From a virus (taxonomy: Duplodnaviria > Heunggongvirae > Uroviricota > Caudoviricetes), in IMG/VR virus record IMGVR_UViG_2718218308_000002: a stretch of 34,779 nucleotides of DNA. The stretch is one strand, 5' to 3'. The first letter of the stretch is position 1. The number at the start of each line of letters is the position of its first letter. Positions 1-14,538 of the stretch are shown here, piece after piece. The position numbers and the translations under genes were made by a program. The notes beneath the pieces were generated by a model that saw only the letters and a program-made list of their open reading frames with translations, was not told the origin of the DNA and did no database searches.

Positions 1-585
1 CTATTCGATAATGGGTACTGTTGGCCATTCAATATCCGGTGCAGTTGTTGTATTAACACGGTTCAGCAACACCCGATACTTCTTCCAGGCTTCCAGCAAC
101 GAGGTTTCTTCCTCCGTTGCAATTTCCAGATCTGCAGCATCCTGAAGCGGCGCAATATGCTCACTGGCTACCTGCATCAGGCTGTTTTTTGTTTCTTCCG
201 CCTCCCGGATCCGGAACAGTTTTTCTGCTTCTGCATCTTTCACCCAGGCTGTGCCGTTCCACTTCTGATATTCCCCTCCCGGCGACAACCAGGTAACATT
301 TTCCGGTAATGAGCCGAGTTCAGAAATAAATAACGCGTCGCCGGAAGCCACGTCATAAACCGTTTTACCCCGATGATCTTCAACGAGATGCCACGATGAC
401 TCATCACTGTTGAAAACAGCCACGAAACCAGCCGGAATATCTGGCGGTGCAATATCGGTACTGTTTGCTGGCAGACCTGTATGAGGCGGAATATATGCAT
501 CACCTTCACCAATAAATTCATTAGTTCCGGACAGCAGATTATAAATTTTTATGGTCCGTGGTTGTTCACTCATTCTGAATGCCAT
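1..585 (-). CDS. tfa: Tail fiber assembly protein (Tfa-like), 194 aa; stop codon at 1..3
   Basis: Position immediately downstream of stf with start overlapping the stf stop; size and sequence recalled as typical of lambdoid Tfa (Rac TfaR-like). Confidence 0.8.
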   Translation of the reverse strand: MAFRMSEQPRTIKIYNLLSGTNEFIGEGDAYIPPHTGLPANSTDIAPPDIPAGFVAVFNSDESSWHLVEDHRGKTVYDVASGDALFISELGSLPENVTWLSPGGEYQKWNGTAWVKDAEAEKLFRIREAEETKNSLMQVASEHIAPLQDAADLEIATEEETSLLEAWKKYRVLLNRVNTTTAPDIEWPTVPIIE

Positions 586-3500
586 TATGCAAGCCTCACA
601 ATATAGTTAAATGCGATGTTTTTGACGGTGTTTTCCGCGTTACCAGCAGCGTTAACGGTGATGGTGTGTCCATGTGAGCCAATCGCAACCGAGTGCGTAT
701 GAGCACCAATACCGACAGTATGTGCGTGAGCACCTGCAGATGCAGCTGTGCCGCTGACACTATGAGTGTGCGCTCCTGCAGCACTTGTATTCACACTGGC
801 CGCAGACACTACCTTATGTACTGACCCATTTTGTGACCACTGGCTGACTGCTGATGCGCCTGTGACACTATGAGTATGGTTTCCGGCACTTGCGGCTGTA
901 CCGCTCACACTGTGCGTATGCGCCCCGATGTTATTCGTGGATTTAGTGCCGTAATCAAACGACGATGTGGTTTTCGTACCCAAATCCGTACTGGATGCGC
1001 TGGCACTGTGGGTGTGCGATTTAATGCCGTCCTGTTCCTGAGACAATACGGCCCGACCACTGGCAGGTTTGCCCTTAATCGTCCAGCCACGCATATCAGG
1101 GATCACGCCTGACGGATAAGCGGCTGCAAGTTTCGGATATGCAGATTTGTCAAAAGTCTGCCCCTGCATCAGGGCATAACCAGACGGAACGGTATCTGAT
1201 GGCCACGGGATTGGTGCGCCGACTGGGTAGCTTTCTGGTGGAAGATTTTTCGAGGTATAAACTTCTGCCCAGTCTTCCTCAAAACCATAGCCATCTCTTG
1301 AGGAACGGTAGAACAGACCTCCATTTCTGTAATGTGCCTTCATCTGCAAGGTCCGGCAACTTCCGACTCCGGTATAGAAGTTAACCAGAATATAGCTGTC
1401 GCCAGAGCGGGTGACATTGTAAGCGCCTGATTCGGCATTCCATGGAACGCCCCCATCCGCATCGGCATACGTATCCGTTGCCCTTCTGGCAAAAGCAGCC
1501 ACATGCGCGGCGGTTAAAGTAATATCTTTGGAACCATCAAACTCAACACCAGAAACCAGTCTTGGCGTTTGCAGCTTTGTTGCTGTTAATGCATTACCGT
1601 TCAGACTTGCGGACAGTTTGGTTCCAATAACCAGTTCGCCGGTTGCGTTATCAATAGCAAACGGTCTTAATGTATTCCAGCCACCATAAACATCACCTTG
1701 ATTGGTAAGCAGCAGGTAAGTTTTAGCGCCATCATTACGCCATAATGCACCATACTCCCCACCTATCATTCGAATCTGATTACCACCACGCGCTACAATT
1801 TCGTCTGTGGCAAAAAGTTTTTTGCACGACAAGTTATCGTTAACGATTAACGAATGAGACTCATAAAAACCACGCCCACTCTTAAAATCAAGGATAACGT
1901 CCGCCGCGATACATTCAGTCGCTGGATTTGTTGCCCCAAACTTATAGGTCGTATCATTAACAACGAGATCAGCACCAGGTGCGGATATTGACAGGCCATC
2001 TTCGATAAACGCAAAAACAGGGAAAGCAGCGCCATCAACATAGAACACAGAGCGCAAATCATCGCCCTTATTACTCATCATTATTGAGTGGATGGCTCGT
2101 TCATTGTTTTGATATTGCCAGAACATTCCATAAGCATAACGCCCCCTGTCAGTCCAGCCACCAGGCATAACAAATCCGTTAAACTCGCAGTTATTCATCG
2201 GATCGCCTGCGGTTCGCGTTGCCGTGGTGATAATGACCCTTGATGCCAGTTCGCTTACTGAGCCAGCAGAACGCATAACAACAACAGGGTAATATTTTCC
2301 AGATGTTGCACCTGCAGGAGCGTTAACCCGCACATAACGCATACCACGCTTATCAGCAAAGTCTGTTTTACTGACCGCGTTAATGTTGTTCAGGAAGCGT
2401 CCCTTATCGGGTATATCAGCGCCGTTCTGGTCTTTCTGCAGACGTTTCTCAGCATTGTCATTGGCTGCTTTTACTGCCTTTGGCGTTGCCGCCAGCGTTT
2501 CAGACGTGCTGTTGGTCGCACTGCTGAGCTGTACTATCCCCTTTTTCGTCGTGCTCGCATCCTCAAGCGCCACGGCGGATGCAATATCCTCTGCCCGTTT
2601 TGCTGCTGTCTCGGCGCGCGTTGCCGCGGATTCCGCCGTACTTTTGCTCTGAGCTGCCGCCGTCGCACTACCAGCTGCCTCTGTCGCCTTCGTGGATGCC
2701 GTCGTGGCGCTGCCTTTCGCTGCTGATGCCTGTCTGCTCGCCTCATCTTTTGAAGCAGACGCAGATGATGCCGATGACGCCGCCGAACTGGCGGACGATG
2801 CAGCTGCCATTTTTGAGGATTCTGCACTGGTTTCCGAGGCTTTCGCGTTCGTTTCGGATGTCATCGCTGCGGATGCAGACCTCGCTGCTGCGCTGGCCTG
2901 TTCAGCGGCTTCGCCAGCCTTCGTTGTGGCTGTTGAAGCGGATGATGCGGCGCTTTCTGCCGATTTTCCGGCTGCGGTGGCACTGATTGAGGCCTGCCCG
3001 GCACTTGTTGACGCGGCACTGGCAGACGACGCAGCCGCTGTTTTTGAGCCTGCCGCAGCTGAGGCGCTCTGTCCCGCTGCCGTCTCAGAAGACCTGGCGT
3101 TCGTCTCGGACGTTTTTGCCGCCTTCGCGGAATTTCCTGCCGCTGTTGCCGAGGAGGCTGCACTACTGGCGCTCGAGGCTGCGCTCGTTTCTGATGATTT
3201 TGCCGCCTCTTTTGAAGCCGACGCATCCCGTGCTGAAGTGGCTGCTTCTGACGCTTTCGTGGTCGCGGTGGATGCAGAAGTGGCGGCTGATTGTTCTGAC
3301 GCTGCCGCATTCGTTTCTGACGTTTTCGCCGCACCGGCACTGGTGGCCGCCGCGCTTTTTGAGGACTCTGCAGCGGCAGCACTTTTTGAGGCTTCAGTGG
3401 CCTTTGTTGATGCCGTTCCTGCGCTGGAAGACGCTGACTGAGCCGACGACGCGGCCTGTCCGGCTGACGTGCTGGCTGCGCGTGCTGAGTCCGCAGCATC

Positions 3501-3944
3501 AGCCGCATGGGTTGCCGCCTCACGGGCTGATGTGCTGGCATCACTGGCTGACTTCTTCGCGGCTGCCGTGTTCTGTGCCACCGCGGACGCGTTACGCGCC
3601 ACCTCTTCCACCATCAGTTCAAAACGGCGCAGTGCCTCCGGACGGGCATCATCCTCCGTCATGGCACCGAGAAAATCATTCAGCGTACCGGGTTGAGAAT
3701 CTTCATACACGGTGATGGTCCCGGCATGTGACGGCGGGAATCCTTCCACCAACAGAATAACGCTGTACTGACCGTACTCAACGTCCATGCTGTAACGCCC
3801 GGCTTCATCCGGATTTTCTGAGGCCAGCGTGTTCACCACCACAGTGGTACTGTTACGTTTTGCTTTCAGCTGGATTGTGCAGTTCTGTACCGGTTTTCCT
3901 GTGCCGTCTTTCAGTACACCTGAAATCTTTACTGCCATATTCAT
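585..3944 (-). CDS. stf: Side tail fiber protein (Stf-like), 1119 aa
   Basis: N-terminus [20 protein letters not shown] resembles lambdoid Stf; long Ala/Ser/Thr-rich low-complexity central region; C-terminal His-rich GAHTHS-type repeats as in T4 gp37-type fiber tips; located after lom. Confidence 0.85.
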   Translation of the reverse strand: MNMAVKISGVLKDGTGKPVQNCTIQLKAKRNSTTVVVNTLASENPDEAGRYSMDVEYGQYSVILLVEGFPPSHAGTITVYEDSQPGTLNDFLGAMTEDDARPEALRRFELMVEEVARNASAVAQNTAAAKKSASDASTSAREAATHAADAADSARAASTSAGQAASSAQSASSSAGTASTKATEASKSAAAAESSKSAAATSAGAAKTSETNAAASEQSAATSASTATTKASEAATSARDASASKEAAKSSETSAASSASSAASSATAAGNSAKAAKTSETNARSSETAAGQSASAAAGSKTAAASSASAASTSAGQASISATAAGKSAESAASSASTATTKAGEAAEQASAAARSASAAMTSETNAKASETSAESSKMAAASSASSAASSASSASASKDEASRQASAAKGSATTASTKATEAAGSATAAAQSKSTAESAATRAETAAKRAEDIASAVALEDASTTKKGIVQLSSATNSTSETLAATPKAVKAANDNAEKRLQKDQNGADIPDKGRFLNNINAVSKTDFADKRGMRYVRVNAPAGATSGKYYPVVVMRSAGSVSELASRVIITTATRTAGDPMNNCEFNGFVMPGGWTDRGRYAYGMFWQYQNNERAIHSIMMSNKGDDLRSVFYVDGAAFPVFAFIEDGLSISAPGADLVVNDTTYKFGATNPATECIAADVILDFKSGRGFYESHSLIVNDNLSCKKLFATDEIVARGGNQIRMIGGEYGALWRNDGAKTYLLLTNQGDVYGGWNTLRPFAIDNATGELVIGTKLSASLNGNALTATKLQTPRLVSGVEFDGSKDITLTAAHVAAFARRATDTYADADGGVPWNAESGAYNVTRSGDSYILVNFYTGVGSCRTLQMKAHYRNGGLFYRSSRDGYGFEEDWAEVYTSKNLPPESYPVGAPIPWPSDTVPSGYALMQGQTFDKSAYPKLAAAYPSGVIPDMRGWTIKGKPASGRAVLSQEQDGIKSHTHSASASSTDLGTKTTSSFDYGTKSTNNIGAHTHSVSGTAASAGNHTHSVTGASAVSQWSQNGSVHKVVSAASVNTSAAGAHTHSVSGTAASAGAHAHTVGIGAHTHSVAIGSHGHTITVNAAGNAENTVKNIAFNYIVRLA
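2387..3602 (-). repeat. Low-complexity Ala/Ser/Thr-rich coding repeats inside stf (approximate bounds)
   Basis: Protein residues ~115-520 are reiterated SA/TA/SE-rich motifs (e.g. [17 protein letters not shown]); the repetitive GC-rich codons also create long spurious ORFs on the antisense strand and in other frames. Confidence 0.6.
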
Positions 3945-3949
3945 CCCAC

Positions 3950-3977
3950 AAAAAAGCCCGCCTGAACCGGCGGGCTG
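3950..3977 (-). terminator. Intrinsic terminator-like hairpin after lom, 6 nt upstream of the stf start
   Basis: Minus strand reads GCCCGCC-loop-GGCGGGC followed by TTTTTT. Confidence 0.65.
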
Positions 3978-4002
3978 TCATAACACTGTGTTACCTGGCT
4001 AA

Positions 4003-4602
4003 TCAGAATTTATAACCGACACCCACGATGAAACCGTCAGTGCGCCAGTCACCACTGCCGGAGCCTTCATAAGCAATATCAATGGCCACGGATTCGGTCG
4101 GGTTAAACTGCACGCCAGCTCCCCACGCCAGAGACGTGTTGCTGTGGCGACCGTCATCACTTCCGGTCAGCACGTCGTGCGTTTTCCCCTTGTTGTCAAT
4201 TACGCGGAGATAATCCCCGGAGAAAGTCGACACACGGCTGTAAGCCACACCCGCCATCGCATACGCGCTGAACCATTCATTCACGCGCACAGACGGCCCC
4301 GCCATTACGCTGAACCAGCGGTTACGCACGGAATCTTCATGCCAGCGGGTATCGCTGTAACGGGTAAGCTGGCGATTCTTGTCTCCTGCATAGCTGAATG
4401 ACGTCACCATTCCCAGCGTGTCCGTAAACTCATAACGGTATTTCACGTTAATCCCGTTCAGATCATCGCTGCCGGAAACGTTCGTCGAGGCATGAAGATA
4501 GCCCGCGCTCAGCGTGGACTGATGTTCAGACGCCCATGCAGGCGCACCGGATACGGCCAGACAAATGGCTGCGGACAAAATGGCGGCATAAAGTTTACGC
4601 AT
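4003..4602 (-). CDS. lom: Lom outer membrane protein (Ail/Lom/PagC family), 199 aa
   Basis: Signal peptide ending AWA; beta-barrel-like alternating pattern; C-terminal VGYKF; canonical position between J and stf; flanked by terminator hairpins. Confidence 0.9.
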
Positions 4603-4623
4603 AATTACCTCTCGCTTTTCTGC

Positions 4624-4650
4624 AATAAAAAAGGCGTCATTTCTGACGCC
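4624..4650 (-). terminator. Intrinsic terminator-like hairpin after J, upstream of lom
   Basis: Minus strand GGCGTCA-gaaa-TGACGCC followed by TTTTTTATT; lom RBS GAGG and ATG follow. Confidence 0.65.
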
Positions 4651-4668
4651 CGTTCTGGGTTATAAAAT

Positions 4669-8070
<3,402 letters not shown>

Positions 8071-8087
8071 TCATGCTCCATAAACGA

Positions 8088-8110
8088 TAAAACCGCCCGG
8101 AGGCGGTTTC
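8088..8110 (-). terminator. Hairpin plus U-tract between I and J (possible attenuator or RNA stability element)
   Basis: Minus strand AACCGCC-tccg-GGCGGTT followed by TTTATCGTTT. Confidence 0.4.
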
Positions 8111-8127
8111 ACATAAAACATTTTGCA

Positions 8128-8769
8128 TCAGCGACCAATCACCACAACCTGACCACCATCCCCTTCGTCTGCCGTGCTGATCTCCTGAGAAACCACGCGT
8201 GACCCCACGCGCATTTCACCGTACAGAACCGGCAGAACATTGCCCTGGGCAACCATGTTATCCAGAGAAGAAAAATAGGTGTTCTGTTTGCCGTTATCCG
8301 TTGTCTGTGTGCGGGGGGTTTTGGGTTTAGGGGCCAGCATCTGTGCAACACCGCCAAGCGTCATACTGGCACCGAGAGAAAACAGCAGATTACTCGCCAT
8401 AATTCCTACCCCCGGCATCCATATAGCAACCGCCATAACAGCCGCCCCCAGCACAGCCTGAAACACACCGCCACTTTTGGCTCCTGCCAGACGCGGCACG
8501 ATATGGATCACGGCACCATTTTCCAGCGGCTCATTAAGACGGGCAGACAATTCGGTTTCACCTGCATCACGCCCGGCAATGCGTACCTGGTACCAGCCGT
8601 CGCTCAGTTTCTGACGAAATGCCGGGATCTGCATGGCCAGCGCCCGGATGGCTTCGGACCCCGTTTTCACTCGAAGGTCGATGCGGCGGCCAAATCGTTG
8701 TAAATCCCCGTAAAGGCAGATGCGTGCCATGCCCGGTGACGCCAGAGGGAGTGTGTGCGTCGCTGCCAT
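8128..8769 (-). CDS. I: Tail assembly protein I, 213 aa as the longest ORF; true start uncertain because it overlaps K
   Basis: N-terminus MAATHTLPLASPGMARICLYGDLQRFG and C-terminus matching lambda I as recalled; position between K and J. Confidence 0.85.
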   Translation of the reverse strand: MAATHTLPLASPGMARICLYGDLQRFGRRIDLRVKTGSEAIRALAMQIPAFRQKLSDGWYQVRIAGRDAGETELSARLNEPLENGAVIHIVPRLAGAKSGGVFQAVLGAAVMAVAIWMPGVGIMASNLLFSLGASMTLGGVAQMLAPKPKTPRTQTTDNGKQNTYFSSLDNMVAQGNVLPVLYGEMRVGSRVVSQEISTADEGDGGQVVVIGR

Positions 8770-9410
8770 TTGTCGGTGTACCTCTCTCGTTTGCTCAGTT
8801 GTTCAGGAATATGGTGCAGCAGCTCGCTGTCACCACAGTAAATGGCGGCATGATTCGGCACCGATGAACCAAAACAGCACAGCAGCACATCGCCCGGCTG
8901 CGCCGCTGACAACGGCACCTGATACAGCCCTGTGGCCTCCAGATTATCCAGATAGAGATTCTGACCGTTACGCCACCAGTCATCCCCGCGATGAAAATCC
9001 GGCATCTCAATTCCCGCCAGATGGTAAGCGTCCCGGAACAGCGTGTAACAGTCCGTTACCCCGTGCTCAAAGCGCCGCCCGGTGAGATGCGGCACACAGC
9101 GGAATTTATGAATCGCCCCCCGGCAGACCAGCCACCACGGCAAATCACTCTGTACCTGCAGCCGCCGGTCGGCCTCACTCAGCCAGGGCAGACCACCGGG
9201 GTGGCTGTGGACCAGCGCCACAATCTCTCCCTGCATTTTGGCCTGCAGCCAGTCCTCCGGCGACATCCGGAAATACTCCTCCGGCTCACCGGAGATATTC
9301 ACGCAGGGAAAATATCTTTCCTCCTCCGGCGTTCTCACCACGAAGCCGCACGACTCCGCTGGCGCACATCGCCGGGCGTGCGCCAGAATCGCTGATTCTG
9401 TCTCTGTCAT
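8667..9410 (-). CDS. K: Tail assembly protein K (JAB/MPN plus NlpC/P60-like), 247 aa
   Basis: HSHP metal-binding motif of the JAB/MPN domain; N-terminus MTETESAILAHARR as in lambda K; conserved position. Confidence 0.9.
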   Translation of the reverse strand: MTETESAILAHARRCAPAESCGFVVRTPEEERYFPCVNISGEPEEYFRMSPEDWLQAKMQGEIVALVHSHPGGLPWLSEADRRLQVQSDLPWWLVCRGAIHKFRCVPHLTGRRFEHGVTDCYTLFRDAYHLAGIEMPDFHRGDDWWRNGQNLYLDNLEATGLYQVPLSAAQPGDVLLCCFGSSVPNHAAIYCGDSELLHHIPEQLSKRERYTDKWQRRTHSLWRHRAWHASAFTGIYNDLAAASTFE

Positions 9411-9415
9411 GGGAT

Positions 9416-10114
9416 TTACTGCGAAAGTTTGTTAATGGAAAGGAAGCTGCCAAAGTTGCCGACATTATTGCGAAACTTACAGCCACTCAGGCATTTGCTG
9501 CATTTATCCTTCGTGATATCGGACGTCGGCTGGTCATATTCATCCGCGACCGCCGGACCGCTATAACCGCACTCATCGCCGCGATAGGTCCAGGTGCAGG
9601 TGTTGGCCAGCATGATACGTCCCGGAAAAACAGCGCCATCCGTTTCAGTCGGCGTGGACAGTACAAAAGAGGCACTGACCGCGCTCAGTTCGCTGCACTG
9701 CTCGATGCGCCAGCGGCTGATCACCTCCTGCTCCGGATCGGCTTCGCTGTTTCCGTTGACGAAGTTCACCGCATCCAGAAAGCGGGCGTAAACCTTACGC
9801 CGGACCACCGTTCCGCCGACCAGACTCTGCAGATCTTCCGCCATCCCGGTGATCATGCCGTGCAGGTTAGAGACCGTCAGTGTCGGACGGGCAGCACTGC
9901 CCTTGCCGTTCATCTCAAATCCACTCCCCTGAATGGGATAGGCCTGATACTGCCGACTCTGCCAGGTGACAGACTCACCTTTTTCGTTCTGCTCATTACA
10001 GAAAAAGTAGCGATCCCCGCCTACCTCGGTCAGGTCGATTTCCCAGAGCACCACGCTGGCCGACTGCTCCGCACGAATGCATTCATTCAGCGTTTCCTGT
10101 TGTATGTCCTGCAT
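9416..10114 (-). CDS. L: Minor tail protein L, 232 aa
   Basis: Length and sequence lambda-L-like; Cys cluster near the C-terminus; stop of M overlaps the start (TGATG). Confidence 0.9.
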   Translation of the reverse strand: MQDIQQETLNECIRAEQSASVVLWEIDLTEVGGDRYFFCNEQNEKGESVTWQSRQYQAYPIQGSGFEMNGKGSAARPTLTVSNLHGMITGMAEDLQSLVGGTVVRRKVYARFLDAVNFVNGNSEADPEQEVISRWRIEQCSELSAVSASFVLSTPTETDGAVFPGRIMLANTCTWTYRGDECGYSGPAVADEYDQPTSDITKDKCSKCLSGCKFRNNVGNFGSFLSINKLSQ

Positions 10115-10452
10115 CAGATCACCACTTCGTCAAACTGACACGAAAAATCGGTATAGGTGATATGTTCTGTCGCTGACCACGTTCGACACACCACTCTGAT
10201 TTTTCTGTTAATACCCGGCGGGCGCCAAAAAAAAGATTTATAGCCTTCATGCCGGGCTAAAAATTTTTCAAATGAATCACGTTCATTCGCCTCAACTTTG
10301 AAATCACAGGTGAAAACGCGCAGAGAATGATTAAGTCCATTTGGACTTCGTTGCTCATAACCATCGCCAAATCTTACAGTTTTTATCGATGGTTTATTTT
10401 CTGTTTTCATTCCATCCTCTGGTAACCAGTGAAATTCTTCCGTATTAGCCAC
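10114..10452 (-). CDS. M: Minor tail protein M (divergent), 112 aa as the ORF; alternative start at internal Met (MKTENK, codon 10408..10410)
   Basis: Conserved VRFGDGY motif and position between H and L; the gene body is noticeably AT-richer than its neighbours. Confidence 0.7.
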   Translation of the reverse strand: MANTEEFHWLPEDGMKTENKPSIKTVRFGDGYEQRSPNGLNHSLRVFTCDFKVEANERDSFEKFLARHEGYKSFFWRPPGINRKIRVVCRTWSATEHITYTDFSCQFDEVVI

Positions 10453-13400
10453 TTAACATTCCCCCATCACGTCGCATATTTAACAGATTGCCCTGCACCC
10501 GCTGATCAACCATCCCCATAAGTGCTTTTATTGCCTGAGGGCCAATCTCTCCATTCTGGCCGTCATTTTGAATAGTGATTTGGTATACAGGGGCATAGGT
10601 AATATCTCCGCCTCCATTACCACTTTTACTATTAATAGCTCTGACACCAAGAGAACCATCGGAAGTTCGTGTTAATGGCATAATGGCTTCCGGTCCAGCC
10701 TCACCAAAAACACCAGCCCCTTTTGCAAAAGCAAAAAATTGCGGGGAATCATAAATACCGTTCGAATACGTGCTCAATGACGGAGACTCATAAACACCGC
10801 CCTTTGCATTCGGAATAAATTTACTAATAGCACTCCCGATAGTTCCTAAAATCCCCCCAGAAGAACTGTTACTAATGCTGTCGAAAATCCCAGTAATTGA
10901 AGCCTTTAATGCTATTCGACTAAGATCCGAAATCACGGAAGTAGCGAAAGAACGAAAATTTGCCTTGCCTGTCGTGACAAAATCACCCAGCGCATCGGTC
11001 ATCCCATCAAACATCTGAGTCGTGGTTGATTTTATCTGCTCACTGATATCCTTAGTGTCATCCAGCCAGTTATTGAATCCCTGGGAGGCACCACTAACCC
11101 AGTCTCCTGCCTGAATATCGAGCTGCTCGTTTTTCTGTCTGACAATTTCTTTTTCCCGTTCCAGAGCATCATTCAGAGCCTGCATTTTCTCTTGAAAAAC
11201 ATGATCTGACATTCCACGGGATTTATCTACATAGTCACGTTCAAGTTGCAGACGCTGATTGTTATATCCATGTTCAATCCGCAGTAATTCCTGCTGGCGT
11301 TGCTGATTTTTATCGCCAACCCCATAACCAGCAATCTGAATATCATACCCCTGCTGACGATTATCAATCGAAGCCTGCAATGAATCACGCCATGCTGTTA
11401 TTTCGGCGGATTCCTTGATTAGCCTGTTATTTTTTTCAATCGCAACATTTTTCTCCATCAACGTGGTTATTTCTTCCCGGTGTAAGAGAAGCGATTTCTG
11501 ATCCTGGGTTAATTTCGATGATGGTCGTGACTCTAGGTCGGCAATCCGCTGACGCCACTTAACCAGTTCCTGTTCAGAGGAACTTAATTTAACGGTCAAC
11601 TCAGCTTGTGAACTTAGTAACGCATTCTGTTGATTCAGATGATCAATCATTCGTTGGGCTGCATCATCAGAATAACCTTTCGCCTTTGGTTGCTTTGGAT
11701 CTTTATAACGCTCATTTATTTGAGCGATAAGATTATTATATTCTTCCTTTGAATACTGATTCTTTAGCTTTTCCAGTTTTGCAAGTTCACTAGCTCTCTG
11801 CTGCTCCCGGGTCTGATATTGTTTTGAAAAGGCATCTGCTCTCTGTCTGAGTTCAATTCCTTCCTGTTGTCGCTTGTTGTAATCGTTTATTGATGAATTT
11901 AGTACGTCCTGAGCAATTTTTTCTGCTTGAAGTACGCCCAATTGCTGCTTTAATCGTGCCAGCCTTTTATTTTGAGCTCCGCCATCTCCAATGCCACCTA
12001 ACCCGAAAACTCCGGGTCGGGTATTTTTTTCTATTTCATCAATTTGACGGAGAACATCTGAGATTTTTTGATCAAGGGAGGCCTCACGGCCAATATCCAG
12101 CATGGAATCCCATGCCCATTTTGCGGAGTCTGCGACAGCTTTCCATGCAGTCTCAAGATAACCAAGATTTTCTTTAATCTGGTTGGTGCGCTGGATCATT
12201 GAGGATGAGTATTCTTCTGTCGCAATGCGGGCGGCCTCCTGCTGGTTCCCTTCATCCTGTAGCGCCTTAATCTGGTTATAAGTCGCAAGTGTCAGAAAAT
12301 GGTACTGATCATTAAGTTTTGATATGGCACTGACAGGATCCTTTGCAATTTCATTGAAGTCATTAACCAGTTGTTCGGTTGATATTCCTGTTACTTCGCT
12401 CGTTTTTACTATCGCTGTCGTCACTTGCTCCAGCGAACTGCTCGCTACCTTTCCCGAACGCACAAGCTGATTTAATACTGCCGCCGCAGCACCAGTTGTC
12501 GAATCAGCCGCATTCCCGGCACGTTGAGCTATATCGCCCAATTGCCCGCTGGTTGTCCCCAACTGATTTCCGGTAAGAATAAGAGATTTATTAAATTCGT
12601 CCTGCTCCTGAGAGCCTTTATAGTAAGCCAGTCCTAAGACCCCAACGGCTGCTGCGGCCAGGGTAAAAGGATTAATTAATCCCAGCACATAAGAACCTAC
12701 ACCTTTGATCGCCGGGCCAATCCCACCGAACATATCTTTTAGCTGGCCGCCCTGCTGCATTAACACCATAAATGGCGACTGACCAGTGGACAACCCAACA
12801 ACAATATCCGTCATTTGTGCAGGCAACATGCGCATAGCAAAAGCCGTTTGTTTTGCCGACATTCCGGTTTTGCTTAATTGTGATTGAGTAACCTCAAGCT
12901 CACTCCGCATAGCACAAAGTTTTCCAGAAAGCTCCTCATACATTTCAGGAGAAAGCATCCCCTTAGCTTTTGCTTCATTGAGCTGTTTCTGTTGTTCTAC
13001 CAGACGATTAAAAGCAGTTCCGACAGGATCAAGTTGAGCAATCAGACGTTGCAAAGCAACAACCTGTTCATCATGCGCTTTTGCTGCTTCTCGCTCTGCC
13101 TGAGCCTCTCCAGTAAGCTCTCGCCGTGTTTCCTGTATTTTTCGGCTATAATTCTCAAACTGAGAACCATTTATTTTCCCGGATGCAAACGCAGCATTAA
13201 GTTCATCATGCTGTTGTTCAAGATTTCTTAGCGCCGCAGCCAGAGGGTCGATCTTGTCCAGCATTCTTTGAAAGGCCTGAGCCTGCGCTTCCTGCTGGGC
13301 GGCAGCAAGTTTTCCGGCCTTCTCGGCTTCTCTCTGCGCTTGCGCAACCCCGCTCAATTCCTCTGTGGTTTCATTAAGTTTACGGACAAGAAATTCATAT

Positions 13401-13678
13401 TCTTCTTTATCAATAAGCCCTTTATCGAAAAATTTCTTTAATTCAGAATAGCGTCGACCGACAGTATCAATTGCGGCACCAACTGGATCAATAGCTGCTT
13501 TTAATTTTGCGAGCGCGTTCTTCTCATCTTCTGTTGCCTTAGTCACTTTCCCTGCGCTATTTGCAGCAGTTTCCCCAGCCTGCGTCATTTTGACTAATGA
13601 GGAGGTCAGATTGTCAGCATTATTTTTCGCTCCAGTGCTATCAATAATTATTGCGAGACGCGAGGTTTGCTCTGCCAT
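10445..13678 (-). CDS. H: Tail tape measure protein H, 1077 aa
   Basis: Long coiled-coil-rich protein directly downstream of G/G-T; hydrophobic central segment; AGGAG RBS upstream of the ATG. Confidence 0.85.
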   Translation of the reverse strand: MAEQTSRLAIIIDSTGAKNNADNLTSSLVKMTQAGETAANSAGKVTKATEDEKNALAKLKAAIDPVGAAIDTVGRRYSELKKFFDKGLIDKEEYEFLVRKLNETTEELSGVAQAQREAEKAGKLAAAQQEAQAQAFQRMLDKIDPLAAALRNLEQQHDELNAAFASGKINGSQFENYSRKIQETRRELTGEAQAEREAAKAHDEQVVALQRLIAQLDPVGTAFNRLVEQQKQLNEAKAKGMLSPEMYEELSGKLCAMRSELEVTQSQLSKTGMSAKQTAFAMRMLPAQMTDIVVGLSTGQSPFMVLMQQGGQLKDMFGGIGPAIKGVGSYVLGLINPFTLAAAAVGVLGLAYYKGSQEQDEFNKSLILTGNQLGTTSGQLGDIAQRAGNAADSTTGAAAAVLNQLVRSGKVASSSLEQVTTAIVKTSEVTGISTEQLVNDFNEIAKDPVSAISKLNDQYHFLTLATYNQIKALQDEGNQQEAARIATEEYSSSMIQRTNQIKENLGYLETAWKAVADSAKWAWDSMLDIGREASLDQKISDVLRQIDEIEKNTRPGVFGLGGIGDGGAQNKRLARLKQQLGVLQAEKIAQDVLNSSINDYNKRQQEGIELRQRADAFSKQYQTREQQRASELAKLEKLKNQYSKEEYNNLIAQINERYKDPKQPKAKGYSDDAAQRMIDHLNQQNALLSSQAELTVKLSSSEQELVKWRQRIADLESRPSSKLTQDQKSLLLHREEITTLMEKNVAIEKNNRLIKESAEITAWRDSLQASIDNRQQGYDIQIAGYGVGDKNQQRQQELLRIEHGYNNQRLQLERDYVDKSRGMSDHVFQEKMQALNDALEREKEIVRQKNEQLDIQAGDWVSGASQGFNNWLDDTKDISEQIKSTTTQMFDGMTDALGDFVTTGKANFRSFATSVISDLSRIALKASITGIFDSISNSSSGGILGTIGSAISKFIPNAKGGVYESPSLSTYSNGIYDSPQFFAFAKGAGVFGEAGPEAIMPLTRTSDGSLGVRAINSKSGNGGGDITYAPVYQITIQNDGQNGEIGPQAIKALMGMVDQRVQGNLLNMRRDGGMLSG

Positions 13679-13698
13679 TTATTAAAACTCCTGACAAC

Positions 13699-13723
13699 AA
13701 AAAACCCACCGCGAGGTGGGTTT
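13699..13723 (-). terminator. Strong hairpin plus U-tract between T and H
   Basis: Minus strand AAACCCACC-tcgc-GGTGGGTTT followed by TTTGTTG, about 20 nt upstream of the H RBS. Confidence 0.5.
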
Positions 13724-13808
13724 CAGGCGACATAATAGTAGATATAGCGATTACGAGGCCACGCAATGCTTTTCTCAAGGAGCATCATCGATTTAATTAA
13801 AGACACCA

Positions 13809-14509
13809 TCACATCTCTGTAACAGAGTGTACGTAATTAACAACTACACACTGCTCCTGAAAATACTGGTCATCCAGTGCAAAGATCACTGCTTCAAATT
13901 CATCGCGCTCAATCAATACCGGATGAGTGGCTAAATATTCATTTATCTCTGTCAGAGATAAAGGCAAAGGCACCCCAGCCATTCCAGCATAACGTCGGGC
14001 ACGGGATATTACCGAATAGGCGTACAACAACTCCTTAAGCACCGGGTCTATTTCTGGTTCCGGTATCGGTGGCAACCTGAGTTTTTCTCGCTTCCATCTT
14101 GCCTTTTCCCCCCTTTCTCCCCCGAACTCCGATAACCACCGCTGGGCAGCTATGGCTTTTTTATCGTATCCTGCTTCTGCTGCTCTTTACCCTGGGCGAT
14201 GCTGGCTGCTTCTGCAAGGATCTGCCAGTACAACTCTGGATTCTGCTTAAGCAGCGCGATCCCTCGTTCTGCCGTATATTCCAGTGCAACCTCAACACCA
14301 TTAACCAGTTCACCAACCCCTTTCCAGTCTTTCAGCAGATAACGAGCGGCATTATCAATGAGTAAATCATCAACAGAATCCACCTCGGAAACCTTTGAAA
14401 TATCAAACTCCTTCGTTCCGACGTGCAAACTGGCATCCATTTTCTCAATGTGGCGACGGATTAATGCATTACGGGAGCGATACTGATCGTTATCGCTGCT
14501 TGCCACCAA
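13809..14509 (-). CDS. G-T: Tail assembly chaperone G-T fusion made by programmed -1 frameshift (about 233 aa)
   Basis: The -1 frame is open from the heptamer A AAA AAG (plus-strand 14156..14162) to the stop at 13809; the T ORF has no ATG of its own (track starts it at TTG). Confidence 0.65.
14150..14509 (-). CDS. G: Tail assembly chaperone G, 119 aa
   Basis: Small acidic protein immediately upstream of the tape measure gene; ends ...DTIKKP with the slippery heptamer in its last codons. Confidence 0.7.
   Translation of the reverse strand: MVASSDNDQYRSRNALIRRHIEKMDASLHVGTKEFDISKVSEVDSVDDLLIDNAARYLLKDWKGVGELVNGVEVALEYTAERGIALLKQNPELYWQILAEAASIAQGKEQQKQDTIKKP
14156..14162 (-). other. Programmed -1 ribosomal frameshift slippery heptamer A_AAA_AAG
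   Basis: Read directly: mRNA AUA AAA AAG CCA UAG, with the -1 frame continuing ...KKAIAAQRWLSEFGG... into T. Confidence 0.65.
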
Positions 14510-14538
14510 CAGTTTTAACCCGTCTACAGGTTTTAAGT

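Noticed and set aside
2692-3544. 249-aa Ala-rich plus-strand ORF and 227-aa Arg/Pro/Gln-rich minus-strand ORF inside stf
   Set aside because: Artifacts of the repetitive GCN/AGC-rich codons of the stf Ala/Ser repeat region read in other frames.
8139-9486. Small ORFs (60-134 aa) overlapping or antisense to I, K and L
   Set aside because: All are nested within or antisense to genes with strong lambda homology and lack independent signals.
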